DNA of 64,000 bases, from assembly GCA_045132035.1 (NCBI GenBank), contig JBGURM010000092.1, positions 7,641 through 71,640 on the forward strand, in the 5' to 3' direction. A model generated the notes under the pieces. It had not been told where the DNA came from. It saw nothing but the letters and a program-made list of their open reading frames with translations, and made no database searches. The stretch comes from Bacilli bacterium. GTDB taxonomy: Bacteria; Bacillota_I; Bacilli_A; RFN20; CAG-826. Positions 10,155 to 20,203 of this stretch are shown in pieces (position 1 is the first letter of the stretch; each line of letters begins with the position of its first letter). A program made the translations under genes and the position numbers.

Positions 10155-11378
10155 TTAATTAGTGTATTTTCTTTTTATTAATAACAAACTAACCCCTAAA
10201 ATCGATAATGTTGCTAAAATCGTACTCGTTGTTGCAATATTACCTCCACAGCCTCCAGTAGAAGCCGGGCTTTCTTTACCACTACCAACTGTTATTTCAC
10301 AAGACGCATATAAGCCGTCATTTGAATAAACACTAACAGTGGCTTTTCCGTCTTTTAATCCAGTAACTAAGCCACTACCATTAACAGATGCAACACTATT
10401 ATTGTCACTAATCCATGATAATGATGGGAGAACTGCACCAGTTGGAACTGGACTTGGAGTTAATTGGACTTTTCCACCTACTTCAATAGAGTAGGAACTA
10501 TAGTTAAGAGTAATACTTGTTGCTTTTGTTTCTGGATCAGGAGGAATAACAGAACCTGAGCAAGCAGCTTTTGTGGCCGCGTTATAATTACCCCAAATTC
10601 TACAAGCATATTCTGGGTGATCAATAAATGGATTTCTATTTCCTTGACCTCCACTTGCAGTTTGAATTGCTTCGTTTCTATTGAGTTCTGCTCTTCTAGC
10701 AATATCGTTAGCGCCAGTAAATGAGGTGTTATTTGGTTGATATTGTAAGTTCCACGCTAACATTTCACTTAGTGAACCCATACAGTTAGGGTGAGAACCA
10801 GCTCCATGATAATTAAGTGGATCATCAATAAGACTTAAACTTAAATCTGCCATTGCTGCATAGAAAATAATTCTAGAAGCAGAGCCACGGTAATATTCAA
10901 CATATTTACCTGGATCATATGAAGAAACACCATATCCTTTTGAACCTCTATCACTATTGGTAGAAGTCGCTGATGGTCTTACCATATGAGCGTCATCTTC
11001 TACTGCGTCTCCACCACGGATATTTGGCCAAACATGCTCTCTATTCCAAGTGTTTCCACTGTCCCAATTTGGTCCGACTAAAGCATTATCATAAAAGCTT
11101 AAAATTTTGCCTGAACCATTTGGATCAGCGTCACTAGTTTTAGCGAATGTTCTCATTCCAGCGTAACCAACTAATCTAGTTCTTTTAGTTGTATTTAATT
11201 TATTTAGTGCTTTGAGAAGATCTTCTCCAGTTAATGTATCACTAATAGATGCATAATAATCACCTGCTGCGGCAGTAACTGGTTCAGCTTTCCTTTCTCC
11301 ACTTACCACTCCAGTAGCGACAAGACCCATACTTAAAATCGCTAATCCTGCTAATAAAAAATGTTTGATGTTTTTCAT
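10155..11378 (-). CDS. Secreted endonuclease-I-family (EndA/Vvn-like) nuclease with a Big_2 Ig-like domain and C-terminal membrane anchor
   Basis: Signal peptide MKNIKHFLLAGLAILSMGLVATG. Motifs NREHVWP, DDAHMVRPSATSTNSDRGSKGYG and NRNPFIDHPEYACRIW match Endonuclease_1 family signatures. Big_2-like segment (KVQLTPSPVP...KATVSV). C-terminal hydrophobic tail. Confidence 0.7.
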   Translation of the reverse strand: MKNIKHFLLAGLAILSMGLVATGVVSGERKAEPVTAAAGDYYASISDTLTGEDLLKALNKLNTTKRTRLVGYAGMRTFAKTSDADPNGSGKILSFYDNALVGPNWDSGNTWNREHVWPNIRGGDAVEDDAHMVRPSATSTNSDRGSKGYGVSSYDPGKYVEYYRGSASRIIFYAAMADLSLSLIDDPLNYHGAGSHPNCMGSLSEMLAWNLQYQPNNTSFTGANDIARRAELNRNEAIQTASGGQGNRNPFIDHPEYACRIWGNYNAATKAACSGSVIPPDPETKATSITLNYSSYSIEVGGKVQLTPSPVPTGAVLPSLSWISDNNSVASVNGSGLVTGLKDGKATVSVYSNDGLYASCEITVGSGKESPASTGGCGGNIATTSTILATLSILGVSLLLIKRKYTN

Positions 11379-11433
11379 AATCTTATAAATCCTTTAAAAT
11401 CATTATAATATTTTAAATATAAAATATCGACCA

Positions 11434-12960
11434 TTAAATCTCGATGAGAGAATTTCTATTATGTTGAGGTAAACTAGAGGAAAAGTCATTTGGATTAAGC
11501 GCTAATCCATCTTTATATCCATTTGTCTTTAACCAATTTTTCAAAATAACACGATAATTATCATTTAAAACACCGATAGGAGTTCCACTAAATGAAGAGA
11601 AATAATCATAATATCTTCTAACATTCGTGTGGAACAAAAGGAAATCGATAGTCGCTATTTTATATTTTTTATTTGGGTCGATTCTTTTATCAAACGATGG
11701 ATTAAAGTAGACATTATTATAGTTAGTCACTTCATAATAAATATCTCTACCAGAAACCTCAGCAACAAAAGCGAAATTATCAAATGGGAATGACTCATAT
11801 AAATCAGAATAATCCCATTTTCCATATGGCAAGTAATGTCTAGCGGTGTTGCAATATGAAAGAATAATGTCATCATATCCTTCACTAACTGCTTCATCAT
11901 AGATTGCTTTACACATCAAATTGACTGCAGTTTCACTTTGAGCAAAATAACTTGTTACATTACTTGCAACCACTTCATTAGCAGCTTCTTCACAGTCGCT
12001 AGAGTATTCATTAATCAAAGCTTCAATATTCGTATCAATAGAAGTAATACGGCTATTAATGCTATTAGAATCGATGACTTCCACTGTAGTGTTTGTAACT
12101 TTTTTAGATTGTCTATCATATGTTAATTTAATATTTCCAATTAATTCTCCATATGCGCCAAATTGAACATATGTTAATCTTCCTTCACTTGACTGTTCAT
12201 ACCGATGAGTGTGACCACAAAGAACTAAATCAACATATTCTCCTAAAGAATTATTTTTAACATCATCTTGACCAGTATGAACAGACGCAATAACTAAATC
12301 ACATCCATTTCTTCTTAATTCAGTAGCTTCTTGCTTGATTATATCAATATGGTTTTTAAAACAAATGGTCTCTGTGTAATATGAAGTAATTGAAGTAATT
12401 TGATTCTCTCCAATAACTCCCACTATTCCAACTTTTAAACCGTTCTCTAAAGTATAAATAACGGACTTCCTACCGATATTTGATTGTTGTGTATTGCCAA
12501 CTGTGTGACTAGCAAAGTCATAATCATAGACATTTGCCGCTAAAACTGGAGTGACATAACCATCATATTCTCTAGCGGTGTTAGCCACTATTTTTTCTAT
12601 TCCCCAGTCAAAATCATGATTACCTACTGTTCTAGCGTCAACTCTCGCGTAAGCGTAAACATCATTAATTAATTGCCCATGGTTATAATTTGAATAAATT
12701 GAACCTTGCCAATCATCACCTTGAGAAATAACTAAAGTGTTTTCTTTTTCACCTTGTTCTTTAATATATGTTCCTAATCTTGCTAAACCAATTCTTCCAC
12801 TTTCAGGATAAATCGCTCCATGGAAATCATTAAAAGCGACGATATTGATTGTTTCTTCATCTTTAGTAGTTGTTCCTCCACCTTGTCCTCCAGTTGGACC
12901 ACAAGAAAAGATTGATAACACAGTCATCATAAAGAAAATGGAAACGATTCTTTTTCTCAT
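11434..12960 (-). CDS. 5'-nucleotidase / metallophosphoesterase family lipoprotein (UshA-like)
   Basis: Lipoprotein signal ...LSIFSCG. Calcineurin-like motifs NIVAFNDFHG, GDDWQGS, GNHDFDWG. C-terminal 5'-nucleotidase-like domain. Confidence 0.7.
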   Translation of the reverse strand: MRKRIVSIFFMMTVLSIFSCGPTGGQGGGTTTKDEETINIVAFNDFHGAIYPESGRIGLARLGTYIKEQGEKENTLVISQGDDWQGSIYSNYNHGQLINDVYAYARVDARTVGNHDFDWGIEKIVANTAREYDGYVTPVLAANVYDYDFASHTVGNTQQSNIGRKSVIYTLENGLKVGIVGVIGENQITSITSYYTETICFKNHIDIIKQEATELRRNGCDLVIASVHTGQDDVKNNSLGEYVDLVLCGHTHRYEQSSEGRLTYVQFGAYGELIGNIKLTYDRQSKKVTNTTVEVIDSNSINSRITSIDTNIEALINEYSSDCEEAANEVVASNVTSYFAQSETAVNLMCKAIYDEAVSEGYDDIILSYCNTARHYLPYGKWDYSDLYESFPFDNFAFVAEVSGRDIYYEVTNYNNVYFNPSFDKRIDPNKKYKIATIDFLLFHTNVRRYYDYFSSFSGTPIGVLNDNYRVILKNWLKTNGYKDGLALNPNDFSSSLPQHNRNSLIEI

Positions 12961-12963
12961 GTC

Positions 12964-14028
12964 TTATTTATCCTTAATGTAGTCAAGTATCATTGATGAT
13001 AAAACTTCTTTTAGGACTTTTCTTTCTTCCTTAGGAGTGTTTTTCCATTCAGCAGGGAGCTTTTTTAATGCTTCTTTTAAAGAGGCAAGATTCTTTTCTT
13101 TTGTAGAAAGTCCATCAAAATTAAGTCTTTCAAGTAAATTGAATAATGTCGCTGTAAATTCTTTTTTTGTCGCTAAATCATATTTTACCACTGTTGAGTT
13201 AAGAGTATTAACAATTCGAGTGGATCTTTTTGAAAAGTTTTTAACATATTCAAAGTGATTATCAATTATTAACCAACTAAATGTATCATGTTGCATTATT
13301 AACGAATTATTTGAATTCACAATATGATATTCAACTGGTTCAGTGATTAATCTTCCAATTATCGAATCAACAGGAGCGTAAAATTTAATAATTGGAGAAA
13401 TCTTTTCATATTCATTATCATAGAAACGCTTACTATAATTAGGAGAATCGAAAGCGTATATCCACATTAAGTTATCTTTTTTAGTTAAATATTTAGACGC
13501 CGTTATCGCTAGTCTTCCTCCTTTAGAGTGACCAACAACATATATTTTCTTTTTCTTATATTTATGAGCGATAAAAGATAAATATTCAATCGCTTCTATT
13601 TCACTAGGAGTAATATCTAAAAAAGACATATTAATATCTTCTTTAATACCTTCCACTGTTCCATCCGTTCCACAAAAAGAGACGACAATATAATCTTTAA
13701 ACGCGAAAGAAACGGCCTGGAACTGTTTTTCAAGCTCCGGATTGTTATTTCTTTGATAATTAATTAATTTCATGTTAGAGAAGCGATTTGAACCCGCTAC
13801 TCTAGATAATATACGAAGATATTCTCTTCTTCTTTTCATTAGATGAGAATCATCATAATATTTGAGGGCGTTTAAAATATCTGAATTGGAGTTATCTTTG
13901 TTAATTAAAAGGAAATCACCATAATGAGGATACGCTAAAGATGCGAAAATCATCGCATCAATTTCGTTAAAGGGTGATTCTATTAAACTTATATCTTGAT
14001 ATTTATCTAGATAATCATCCAAATACAT
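12964..14028 (-). CDS. Alpha/beta hydrolase, lipase-like (DUF2974/Mbeg1-like type)
   Basis: Nucleophile elbow VVGHSKGG with upstream VVSFCGTDGT. Confidence 0.5.
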   Translation of the reverse strand: MYLDDYLDKYQDISLIESPFNEIDAMIFASLAYPHYGDFLLINKDNSNSDILNALKYYDDSHLMKRRREYLRILSRVAGSNRFSNMKLINYQRNNNPELEKQFQAVSFAFKDYIVVSFCGTDGTVEGIKEDINMSFLDITPSEIEAIEYLSFIAHKYKKKKIYVVGHSKGGRLAITASKYLTKKDNLMWIYAFDSPNYSKRFYDNEYEKISPIIKFYAPVDSIIGRLITEPVEYHIVNSNNSLIMQHDTFSWLIIDNHFEYVKNFSKRSTRIVNTLNSTVVKYDLATKKEFTATLFNLLERLNFDGLSTKEKNLASLKEALKKLPAEWKNTPKEERKVLKEVLSSMILDYIKDK

Positions 14029-14033
14029 ATTAG

Positions 14034-14285
14034 TTATTCACCAATATATTTCATGAATTCTTCTTGATGAGTATCATCAGAATGTTCTTCGACAATTACT
14101 TTCTTTTTAATATTACGAATTTCAAAAGGAATCTTTCCTTCTCTAACAGATTGAGAAAGGAATAATGAGATTGCAGTTGATAAATCTAAACCAAAAGATT
14201 GGAATAGCTCCACTGCTTGTTTCTTTAATTCTGGATCTAAAGAAATATTTGTGTTAACTTTTTTTGCCATATTCATAAACCTCAT
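14034..14285 (-). CDS. RelB/DinJ-family ribbon-helix-helix protein (antitoxin-like). No cognate toxin gene is adjacent, so it may act as the operon regulator.
   Basis: MAKKVNTNISLDPELKKQAVELFQSFGLDLSTAISLFLSQSVREGKIPFEIR closely resembles DinJ. The likely true start is the 3rd ATG (MAKKV) with a GAGG RBS. A TTGACA-N17-TATATA-like promoter lies upstream at ~14300-14340. Confidence 0.6.
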   Translation of the reverse strand: MRFMNMAKKVNTNISLDPELKKQAVELFQSFGLDLSTAISLFLSQSVREGKIPFEIRNIKKKVIVEEHSDDTHQEEFMKYIGE

Positions 14286-14383
14286 ACTTATTGTATATAA
14301 AAATAATATGATATGTCAAGTTTATGCACATAACATACACATAAATCATATTTGTGACATATATAGCAAAGTTGTTTCAATAT

Positions 14384-14413
14384 CAAAAAAAGAAGACCCC
14401 TAAGGATCTTCTA
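14384..14413 (-). terminator. Rho-independent terminator downstream of tuf
   Basis: AGAAGA-loop-TCTTCT stem followed by a T7 run on the minus strand. Confidence 0.6.
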
Positions 14414-14435
14414 ATTTATCTAGTAAGTAACTAAA

Positions 14436-15620
14436 TTATTTAATGATTTCGTTGACTGTACCAGCACCGACAGTTCTACCACCTTCACGGATGGAGAATT
14501 TTGTACCCTTTTCAAGAGCGATTGGGTGAATTAATTCGACGGTGAGTTCAACGTTATCACCTGGCATAACCATGTCTGTTCCAGCTGGAAGAGTGATGAC
14601 ACCAGTAACGTCTGTTGTACGGAAGTAGAATTGTGGTCTGTAGTTGCTTAAGAAAGCTGTGTGACGGCCACCTTCTTCTTTTGTTAAAACGTAGACAGAA
14701 GCTTTGAATTTGGTGTGTGGAGTAACACTACCTGGTTTTGCTAAGACTTGACCACGTTGGACTTGATCACGGTTGATACCTCTTAAAAGGACACCAACGT
14801 TATCACCAGCTTGGACGAAGTCACAAGTTTTACGGAATGATTCAAGACCTGTAATAACGGATTTTTGTGTTTCTCTAATACCAACGATTTCAACTTCGTC
14901 ACCGAGTTTTGCTTGACCTCTTTCGACACGGCCAGTAACGACTGTACCACGTCCGGAAATGGTCATAACGTCTTCGATAGCGAGTAAGAATGGTTTGTCA
15001 GTTTCACGTGCTGGAGCTGGGATATAATTATCACATGCATCCATTAAATCCATAATGGTTTGTTCAGCTGCTGGATCACCATCAAGAGCGGCTCTTGCGG
15101 AACCACGGATGACTGGGACGTCATCACCTGGGAAACCATATGAATTTAAGAGTTCACGAACTTCCATTTCGACTAAGTCTAATAATTCTGGATCATCGAC
15201 TAAGTCTGTTTTGTTGATGTAGACAACGATGTAAGGAACACCGACTTGACGTGCAAGTAAGATGTGTTCACGTGTTTGTGGCATAACGCCATCAGTACCG
15301 GCAACAACTAAGATTGCACCATCCATTTGAGCAGCACCAGTAATCATGTTTTTGACATAGTCAGCGTGGCCTGGGCAGTCAACGTGGGCATAGTGTCTTT
15401 TTTCTGTTTGATACTCAATGTGGGCAGTATTAATTGTAATACCACGGGCTTTTTCTTCTGGTGCAGCATCGATTTGATCGTATGCTTTCTTTTCAGATAA
15501 GCCTTTCTTTGCTAAGACAGTTGTAATAGCGGCGGTTAATGTGGTCTTACCGTGGTCGACGTGACCAATGGTACCAATGTTAACGTGCTCTTTAGTTCTG
15601 TCAAATTTTTCCTTTGCCAT
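14436..15620 (-). CDS. tuf: Elongation factor Tu
   Basis: [10 protein letters not shown] and the rest of the sequence are canonical EF-Tu. The true start is MAKEKF at 15620 (AGGAGA RBS 10 nt upstream); the track ORF extends to 15674. Confidence 0.95.
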   Translation of the reverse strand: MAKEKFDRTKEHVNIGTIGHVDHGKTTLTAAITTVLAKKGLSEKKAYDQIDAAPEEKARGITINTAHIEYQTEKRHYAHVDCPGHADYVKNMITGAAQMDGAILVVAGTDGVMPQTREHILLARQVGVPYIVVYINKTDLVDDPELLDLVEMEVRELLNSYGFPGDDVPVIRGSARAALDGDPAAEQTIMDLMDACDNYIPAPARETDKPFLLAIEDVMTISGRGTVVTGRVERGQAKLGDEVEIVGIRETQKSVITGLESFRKTCDFVQAGDNVGVLLRGINRDQVQRGQVLAKPGSVTPHTKFKASVYVLTKEEGGRHTAFLSNYRPQFYFRTTDVTGVITLPAGTDMVMPGDNVELTVELIHPIALEKGTKFSIREGGRTVGAGTVNEIIK

Positions 15621-15722
15621 TGTTTGAATTTCTCCTTTCAAATAATTGAATCCAACATTTTTAATATATAGCAAGTTTAATTTATAATCAATACCAATTT
15701 AATTGGTTATTAATTATTGTTT

Positions 15723-17798
15723 TTAGCGAGCGCTCATTCCGCTCTTTTTAATGATCTCGTCTTGGACATAACGTGGGCATTCACCATAATGGTCGAATTG
15801 CATCGCGTAGTTTCCACGACCTTGAGTCATTGAACGTAAGTCAGTAACGTAACCAAACATTTCTGAGAGTGGTACTTCAGCTTCAATAGTTTTAGCGTTA
15901 TTTCTTTGAGATTCGCCAGTGACGAGTCCACGTCTACGAGCGATATCACCAAGAACATCACCATAATATTGTTCTGGGACAGTAACTTCAATCTTCATGA
16001 TTGGTTCAAGGATTACTGGATTACATTTCTTAGCCGCTTCTTTAAGAGCCATACTAGCAGCGATCTTATAAGCAGCTTCACTGGAGTCGACATCATGGTA
16101 GCTACCATCGAATAATGTAGCTTTGATATCCATGACTTGGAAGCCAGCAATCATACCTCTTCCTAAAGAATCGATAAGTCCATCTTGAGTTGGTTTAATG
16201 TATTCTCTTGGAACACTACCACCAACGATGGCGTCAACGAATTCAAATCCTTTGCCTGGGTTTGGTTCAAATTTGATCCAAACGTGACCGTATTGACCAC
16301 GACCACCAGATTGTTTGATGTATTTACCTTCACAATCAGCGGTACCTTTGATGGTTTCACGGTATTCAACTTGTGGAGCACCGACGTTGACTTGAACGTT
16401 GAATTCTCTTCTCATACGGTCAACGATGATGTCTAAGTGTAATTCACCAACACCAGCGATAATGGTTTGACCTGTTTCAGCGTTGGTTCTCACTCTGAAG
16501 GTTGGATCTTCTTCAGCAAGTTTTTGTAAAGCAATGGACATCTTTTCTTGGTCAGCTTTTGTCTTTGGTTCAACAGCTTCTTCAATAACTGGATCTGGGA
16601 ATTCCATCTTTTCAAGAACAACCTTGTGTTTCTCGTCACATAAGGTATCACCAGTTGTGGTGTTCTTAAGTCCGACGACCGCACCGATGTCACCAGCGTG
16701 GAGTTCTTCAACTTCTTGACGGTGATTACTGTGCATTAAGACAACACGGGCAATTCTTTCTTTAACACCTTTAGTGGAGTTAATGACATAAGATCCGGAT
16801 TTGAGTGTACCGCTATAAACACGGACATAAGCGAGACGACCAATGAATGGGTCGGTAGCAATTTTGAATGCTAACGCACCTAATGGTTCGTTATCATCTG
16901 GTTTGCATTCGATTTCATTGCCATCTTCATCTGTTCCTTTAGCAGCTGGAATATCAAGTGGGCTTGGAAGATAATCAATGACACCATCAAGGAGTAATTG
17001 AATATTCTTGTTCTTATAAGCACTACCGCAGAATACTGGGTGGAATTCACCTGTTAAAACAGCTTTACGGATAACAGTTTTGATTTCTTCGACAGTTGGT
17101 TCTTCACCATCTAAGACTTTCATCATGAAGTCATCGTCGAAGGAAGCAAGGGTTTCAACGAGGTCTGCTCTATGAGCTTCCATGTCATCAACTAATTCTT
17201 CTGGAACTGGGATTTCATGTGGTTCTTGAGCATCTTTTTCATAAACCCATGCTTTTCTTTCAATGATATCGACAGCGCCTCTTAAAGTGCTTTCAATACC
17301 GATTGGAAGTTGGACAGCTTTGGCGTTAGCGCCAAGTCTTTCCTTTAAGGAACGGACACACATTTCGAAGTCCGCACCGATAGCGTCAAGTTTGTTAACA
17401 AAGACAATTCTTGGAACGCCGTATTTAGATCCTTGTCTCCAGACAGTTTCTGTTTGTGGTTCGACACCATTTTTACCATCTAAGACAGTGACCGCACCAT
17501 CAAGAACACGGAGGGATCTTTCAACTTCAACGGTGAAGTCGACGTGCCCCGGAGTGTCGATGATGTTGATTCTATTACCCTTCCAGAATGCGGTTGTCGC
17601 AGCGGAAGTAATGGTAATACCTCTTTCTTGTTCTTGTTCCATCCAGTCCATGGTGGCCGCACCTTCGTGGACTTCACCAATTTTGTGGATTTTACCTGTG
17701 AAGAAGAGAATACGTTCTGTTGTGGTTGTTTTACCGGCATCGATATGAGCCATGATACCGATATTACGTGTATGGGCTAAATCATATTCACGTGCCAT
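15723..17798 (-). CDS. fusA: Elongation factor G
   Basis: [13 protein letters not shown] motif and a full-length 691-aa EF-G. Confidence 0.95.
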   Translation of the reverse strand: MAREYDLAHTRNIGIMAHIDAGKTTTTERILFFTGKIHKIGEVHEGAATMDWMEQEQERGITITSAATTAFWKGNRINIIDTPGHVDFTVEVERSLRVLDGAVTVLDGKNGVEPQTETVWRQGSKYGVPRIVFVNKLDAIGADFEMCVRSLKERLGANAKAVQLPIGIESTLRGAVDIIERKAWVYEKDAQEPHEIPVPEELVDDMEAHRADLVETLASFDDDFMMKVLDGEEPTVEEIKTVIRKAVLTGEFHPVFCGSAYKNKNIQLLLDGVIDYLPSPLDIPAAKGTDEDGNEIECKPDDNEPLGALAFKIATDPFIGRLAYVRVYSGTLKSGSYVINSTKGVKERIARVVLMHSNHRQEVEELHAGDIGAVVGLKNTTTGDTLCDEKHKVVLEKMEFPDPVIEEAVEPKTKADQEKMSIALQKLAEEDPTFRVRTNAETGQTIIAGVGELHLDIIVDRMRREFNVQVNVGAPQVEYRETIKGTADCEGKYIKQSGGRGQYGHVWIKFEPNPGKGFEFVDAIVGGSVPREYIKPTQDGLIDSLGRGMIAGFQVMDIKATLFDGSYHDVDSSEAAYKIAASMALKEAAKKCNPVILEPIMKIEVTVPEQYYGDVLGDIARRRGLVTGESQRNNAKTIEAEVPLSEMFGYVTDLRSMTQGRGNYAMQFDHYGECPRYVQDEIIKKSGMSAR

Positions 17799-17816
17799 AT
17801 TCTAATCTCCTTGAGA

Positions 17817-18287
17817 TTACCAACGATAATGTGCGTAAGCTTTGTTGGCTTCAGCCATTTTGTGGGTATCTTCTCTTTTCTTAACGGAAGCACCGGTGCC
17901 ATTTGCAGCGTCGATGATTTCTCCTGCGAGTCTATCTTCCATTGTTTTTTCATTTCTGAGTCTGCTGTAGTTGACTAACCATCTTAAGCCTAATGTGACT
18001 TTTCTCTCTGGAGAGACTTCAGTTGGGACTTGATAGTTAGCAGCACCGATTCTACGAACCTTTAATTCGACTTCAGGCATGATGTTGTTAATCGCTGTTG
18101 CGAATACATCCATTGCTGGTTTTCCAGTTTTGGCTTCGATTTTGTTGAAGGCGGTATAGAGAATTGTTTGGGCAGTTCCCTTTTTGCCATCAATCATAAT
18201 TTTGTTAATTAAGCGTGTTACGAGTTTTGAATTATAAATTGGATCTGGTAACACATCACGTTTTGCAACGTTTCCTTTACGTGGCAT
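17817..18287 (-). CDS. rpsG: 30S ribosomal protein S7
   Basis: Canonical S7 sequence in the str operon order. Confidence 0.95.
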   Translation of the reverse strand: MPRKGNVAKRDVLPDPIYNSKLVTRLINKIMIDGKKGTAQTILYTAFNKIEAKTGKPAMDVFATAINNIMPEVELKVRRIGAANYQVPTEVSPERKVTLGLRWLVNYSRLRNEKTMEDRLAGEIIDAANGTGASVKKREDTHKMAEANKAYAHYRW

Positions 18288-18305
18288 TATTCTATCCTCC
18301 TTCTA

Positions 18306-18725
18306 TTATTTGGCCGCTTTTGGTTTCTTAGAACCATATAAGCTACGTCCTTGACGACGAGCTTCAATTCCGGCGCAGTCAAGTGTTCCTCTAATAATGT
18401 GGTAACGAACACCTGGTAAGTCCTTAACACGTCCACCACGAATCATAACTGTGGAGTGTTCTTGTAAGTTATGGCCTTCACCACCAATATACGCTGTAAC
18501 TTCGTAACCATTGCTTAAGCGAACACGAGCGTATTTTCTTAAAGCAGAGTTTGGTTTTTTAGGAGTCATTGTACCGACACGGGTGCAAACGCCTCTTTTT
18601 TGGCTAGCAGCTTGGTTTGTTTCTTTTTTCTTTAAAGAGTTCCATCTTTTTCCAAGAGCAGGAGCTTTGGATTTAACAGTGGCTGTTCTACGGCCTTCAC
18701 GGACTAATTGATTAATTGTTGGCAT
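18306..18725 (-). CDS. rpsL: 30S ribosomal protein S12
   Basis: Canonical S12 sequence (PTINQLVR...[10 protein letters not shown]). Confidence 0.95.
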   Translation of the reverse strand: MPTINQLVREGRRTATVKSKAPALGKRWNSLKKKETNQAASQKRGVCTRVGTMTPKKPNSALRKYARVRLSNGYEVTAYIGGEGHNLQEHSTVMIRGGRVKDLPGVRYHIIRGTLDCAGIEARRQGRSLYGSKKPKAAK

Positions 18726-18954
18726 TTATATATTGCTCCTTTCAATTATTTCCTAATTCACTGTAATTTGTCCACGCAACCGGTCGTGTCCGTTTTTCCC
18801 TTAAAAAATGGACCATTTCGGTCTGCGGTGAACTAAATCACACGCCTATATAATATATACATCTAGTAAAATCCTGACAAGAAAAAAATAAAAAAATATT
18901 TCAAAAAGTTTAAAAACGGTATTTATAGAAGAAAAAAAGCAATCGATTGACTGC

Positions 18955-19311
18955 TTAAATTCCAACAGCGAGAAGAATAATTTTGATAACTGAAGCAACA
19001 AACAATGCGCCTAGTAATGAATCAAAGACGATTGAGGTGATTCTTATTTGTTTAAGCGTGCTTTTTCTATTATTTAAAGAGAAGAAGAATAAGATAAGAC
19101 TCACTACCGCAATCGCGACAAAGATAAATAAAACAAAGACGACTCCTAATCCCGCAAATAAAGCAACAATAGGCGCTGCTGCAGGATCAGTGTCACCAAC
19201 ATTAATTGTTGACCACCACACTGGGTAAAGCATGATAGCTAAAACAATATTAATTAATAGGAATACTCCAATTATAACTGTTGATGTAGTTCTTGGTTTG
19301 TCGTAATTCAT
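18955..19311 (-). CDS. Small integral membrane protein (3-4 TM), hypothetical
   Basis: 118-aa hydrophobic ORF with a hairpin plus T-run after the stop. Confidence 0.4.
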   Translation of the reverse strand: MNYDKPRTTSTVIIGVFLLINIVLAIMLYPVWWSTINVGDTDPAAAPIVALFAGLGVVFVLFIFVAIAVVSLILFFFSLNNRKSTLKQIRITSIVFDSLLGALFVASVIKIILLAVGI

Positions 19312-19461
19312 ATATCAATTATTGTATACCCCTTGTCATAAAATAATAAGATTTTTTTATTAACAAAGTTAATAACTTGATTCACGAGTAAATTTTTATA
19401 AATATTTTTTCAAAAAAATCGCATTTTCCTCCTCTTATTAAAAGTGAAGGAGGTTTTTAAA

Positions 19462-19773
19462 ATGTCGAAGAAAAATAGAAGCTTATTTACAATCAGAAAA
19501 AAGAAAAAAGAAAGGCATCCACAAATTATAGTTGGTGCTGATAGAACGTCTTTTAAATCAATAGGTTTAACACATTCTAAAAGAAGCGGTAAATCAATAA
19601 ATATCCCATTAAAAAACAATCCAAACAAGAACGATGATAGTCAGGCGTATGCAAAAAGAAGAATTGTCAAAGATTTTAAATTTAGATTTAGCAAAGCTTT
19701 TAAGAATTATCACTTATCCAACGAAGACATTGAAGAATTACAGCGCTTTCTAGAATCAAAGAAAAGAAAATGA
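19462..19773 (+). CDS. Lysine/arginine-rich basic protein, hypothetical (possibly nucleic-acid binding)
   Basis: ATG at 19462 preceded by AAGGAGG. Translation MSKKNRSLFTIRKKKKERH... The track ORF starts at an upstream in-frame ATG at 19444. Confidence 0.45.
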   Translation: MSKKNRSLFTIRKKKKERHPQIIVGADRTSFKSIGLTHSKRSGKSINIPLKNNPNKNDDSQAYAKRRIVKDFKFRFSKAFKNYHLSNEDIEELQRFLESKKRK

Positions 19774-19784
19774 TACTTGTAAAA

Positions 19785-20075
19785 TAAAAAAGAAGTAGCT
19801 CTAGGCGAGAGTCATTAGCTCCTGCGTCCTACTTCCTACATTCAATATATCAACGATTTGATCTAAACAAAAGTATTATTTGCCCTAGTAATTAAAAAGG
19901 AAGTAGCTCTAGGCTAGAGTCATTAGCTCCTACGTCCTACTTCCTATATTTAATATAACAATGTTTTGGCTTAAATAAAAGTATTATTTATTGTAGCAAT
20001 CAAAAAGGAAGTAGCGCTAGGCCAGAGTCATTAGCTCCTACGTCCTACTTCCTACATTTACTATAGCAATAATCA
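19785..20075. repeat. Three tandem ~108-117-bp direct repeats (~85% identical). Each contains a conserved 46-nt hairpin, GGAAGTAG...CTACTTCC.
   Basis: Hairpins at 19792-19836, 19909-19944 and 20017-20052. On the minus strand each hairpin is followed by TTTTT and preceded by a TGnTATA(T/G)T extended -10-like box. Confidence 0.8.
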
Positions 20076-20203
20076 AGCCTATCTTAAAGAAGTTTTATAT
20101 GCACAAATGGAACAATAATTACTTTTTTCTTTTATCATATTAAATATTAATATAAATTATCTATATCAATTCCTTTTGAAGATTGGACACTTAAGGAGAA
20201 GTT

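Noticed and set aside
14034-14285. DinJ-like gene as part of an active toxin-antitoxin pair
   Set aside because: No YafQ/RelE-like ORF follows. The next gene, 6 nt downstream, is a 354-aa hydrolase. The gene is interpreted as a solitary RHH regulator or a decayed module.
18726-18954. Possible tRNA or structured ncRNA gene in the long rpsL upstream region
   Set aside because: No tRNA-like T-arm/acceptor signatures were seen. The region contains a TTGTCA...TATATA promoter and is most simply the str-operon promoter and leader.
19785-20075. Regular repeats with variable spacers-like segments; considered a CRISPR array
   Set aside because: The repeat unit (~57 bp conserved plus ~50 bp semi-conserved) is far longer than CRISPR repeats. 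The 'spacers' are themselves homologous between units. There are only three units, and no cas genes are nearby.
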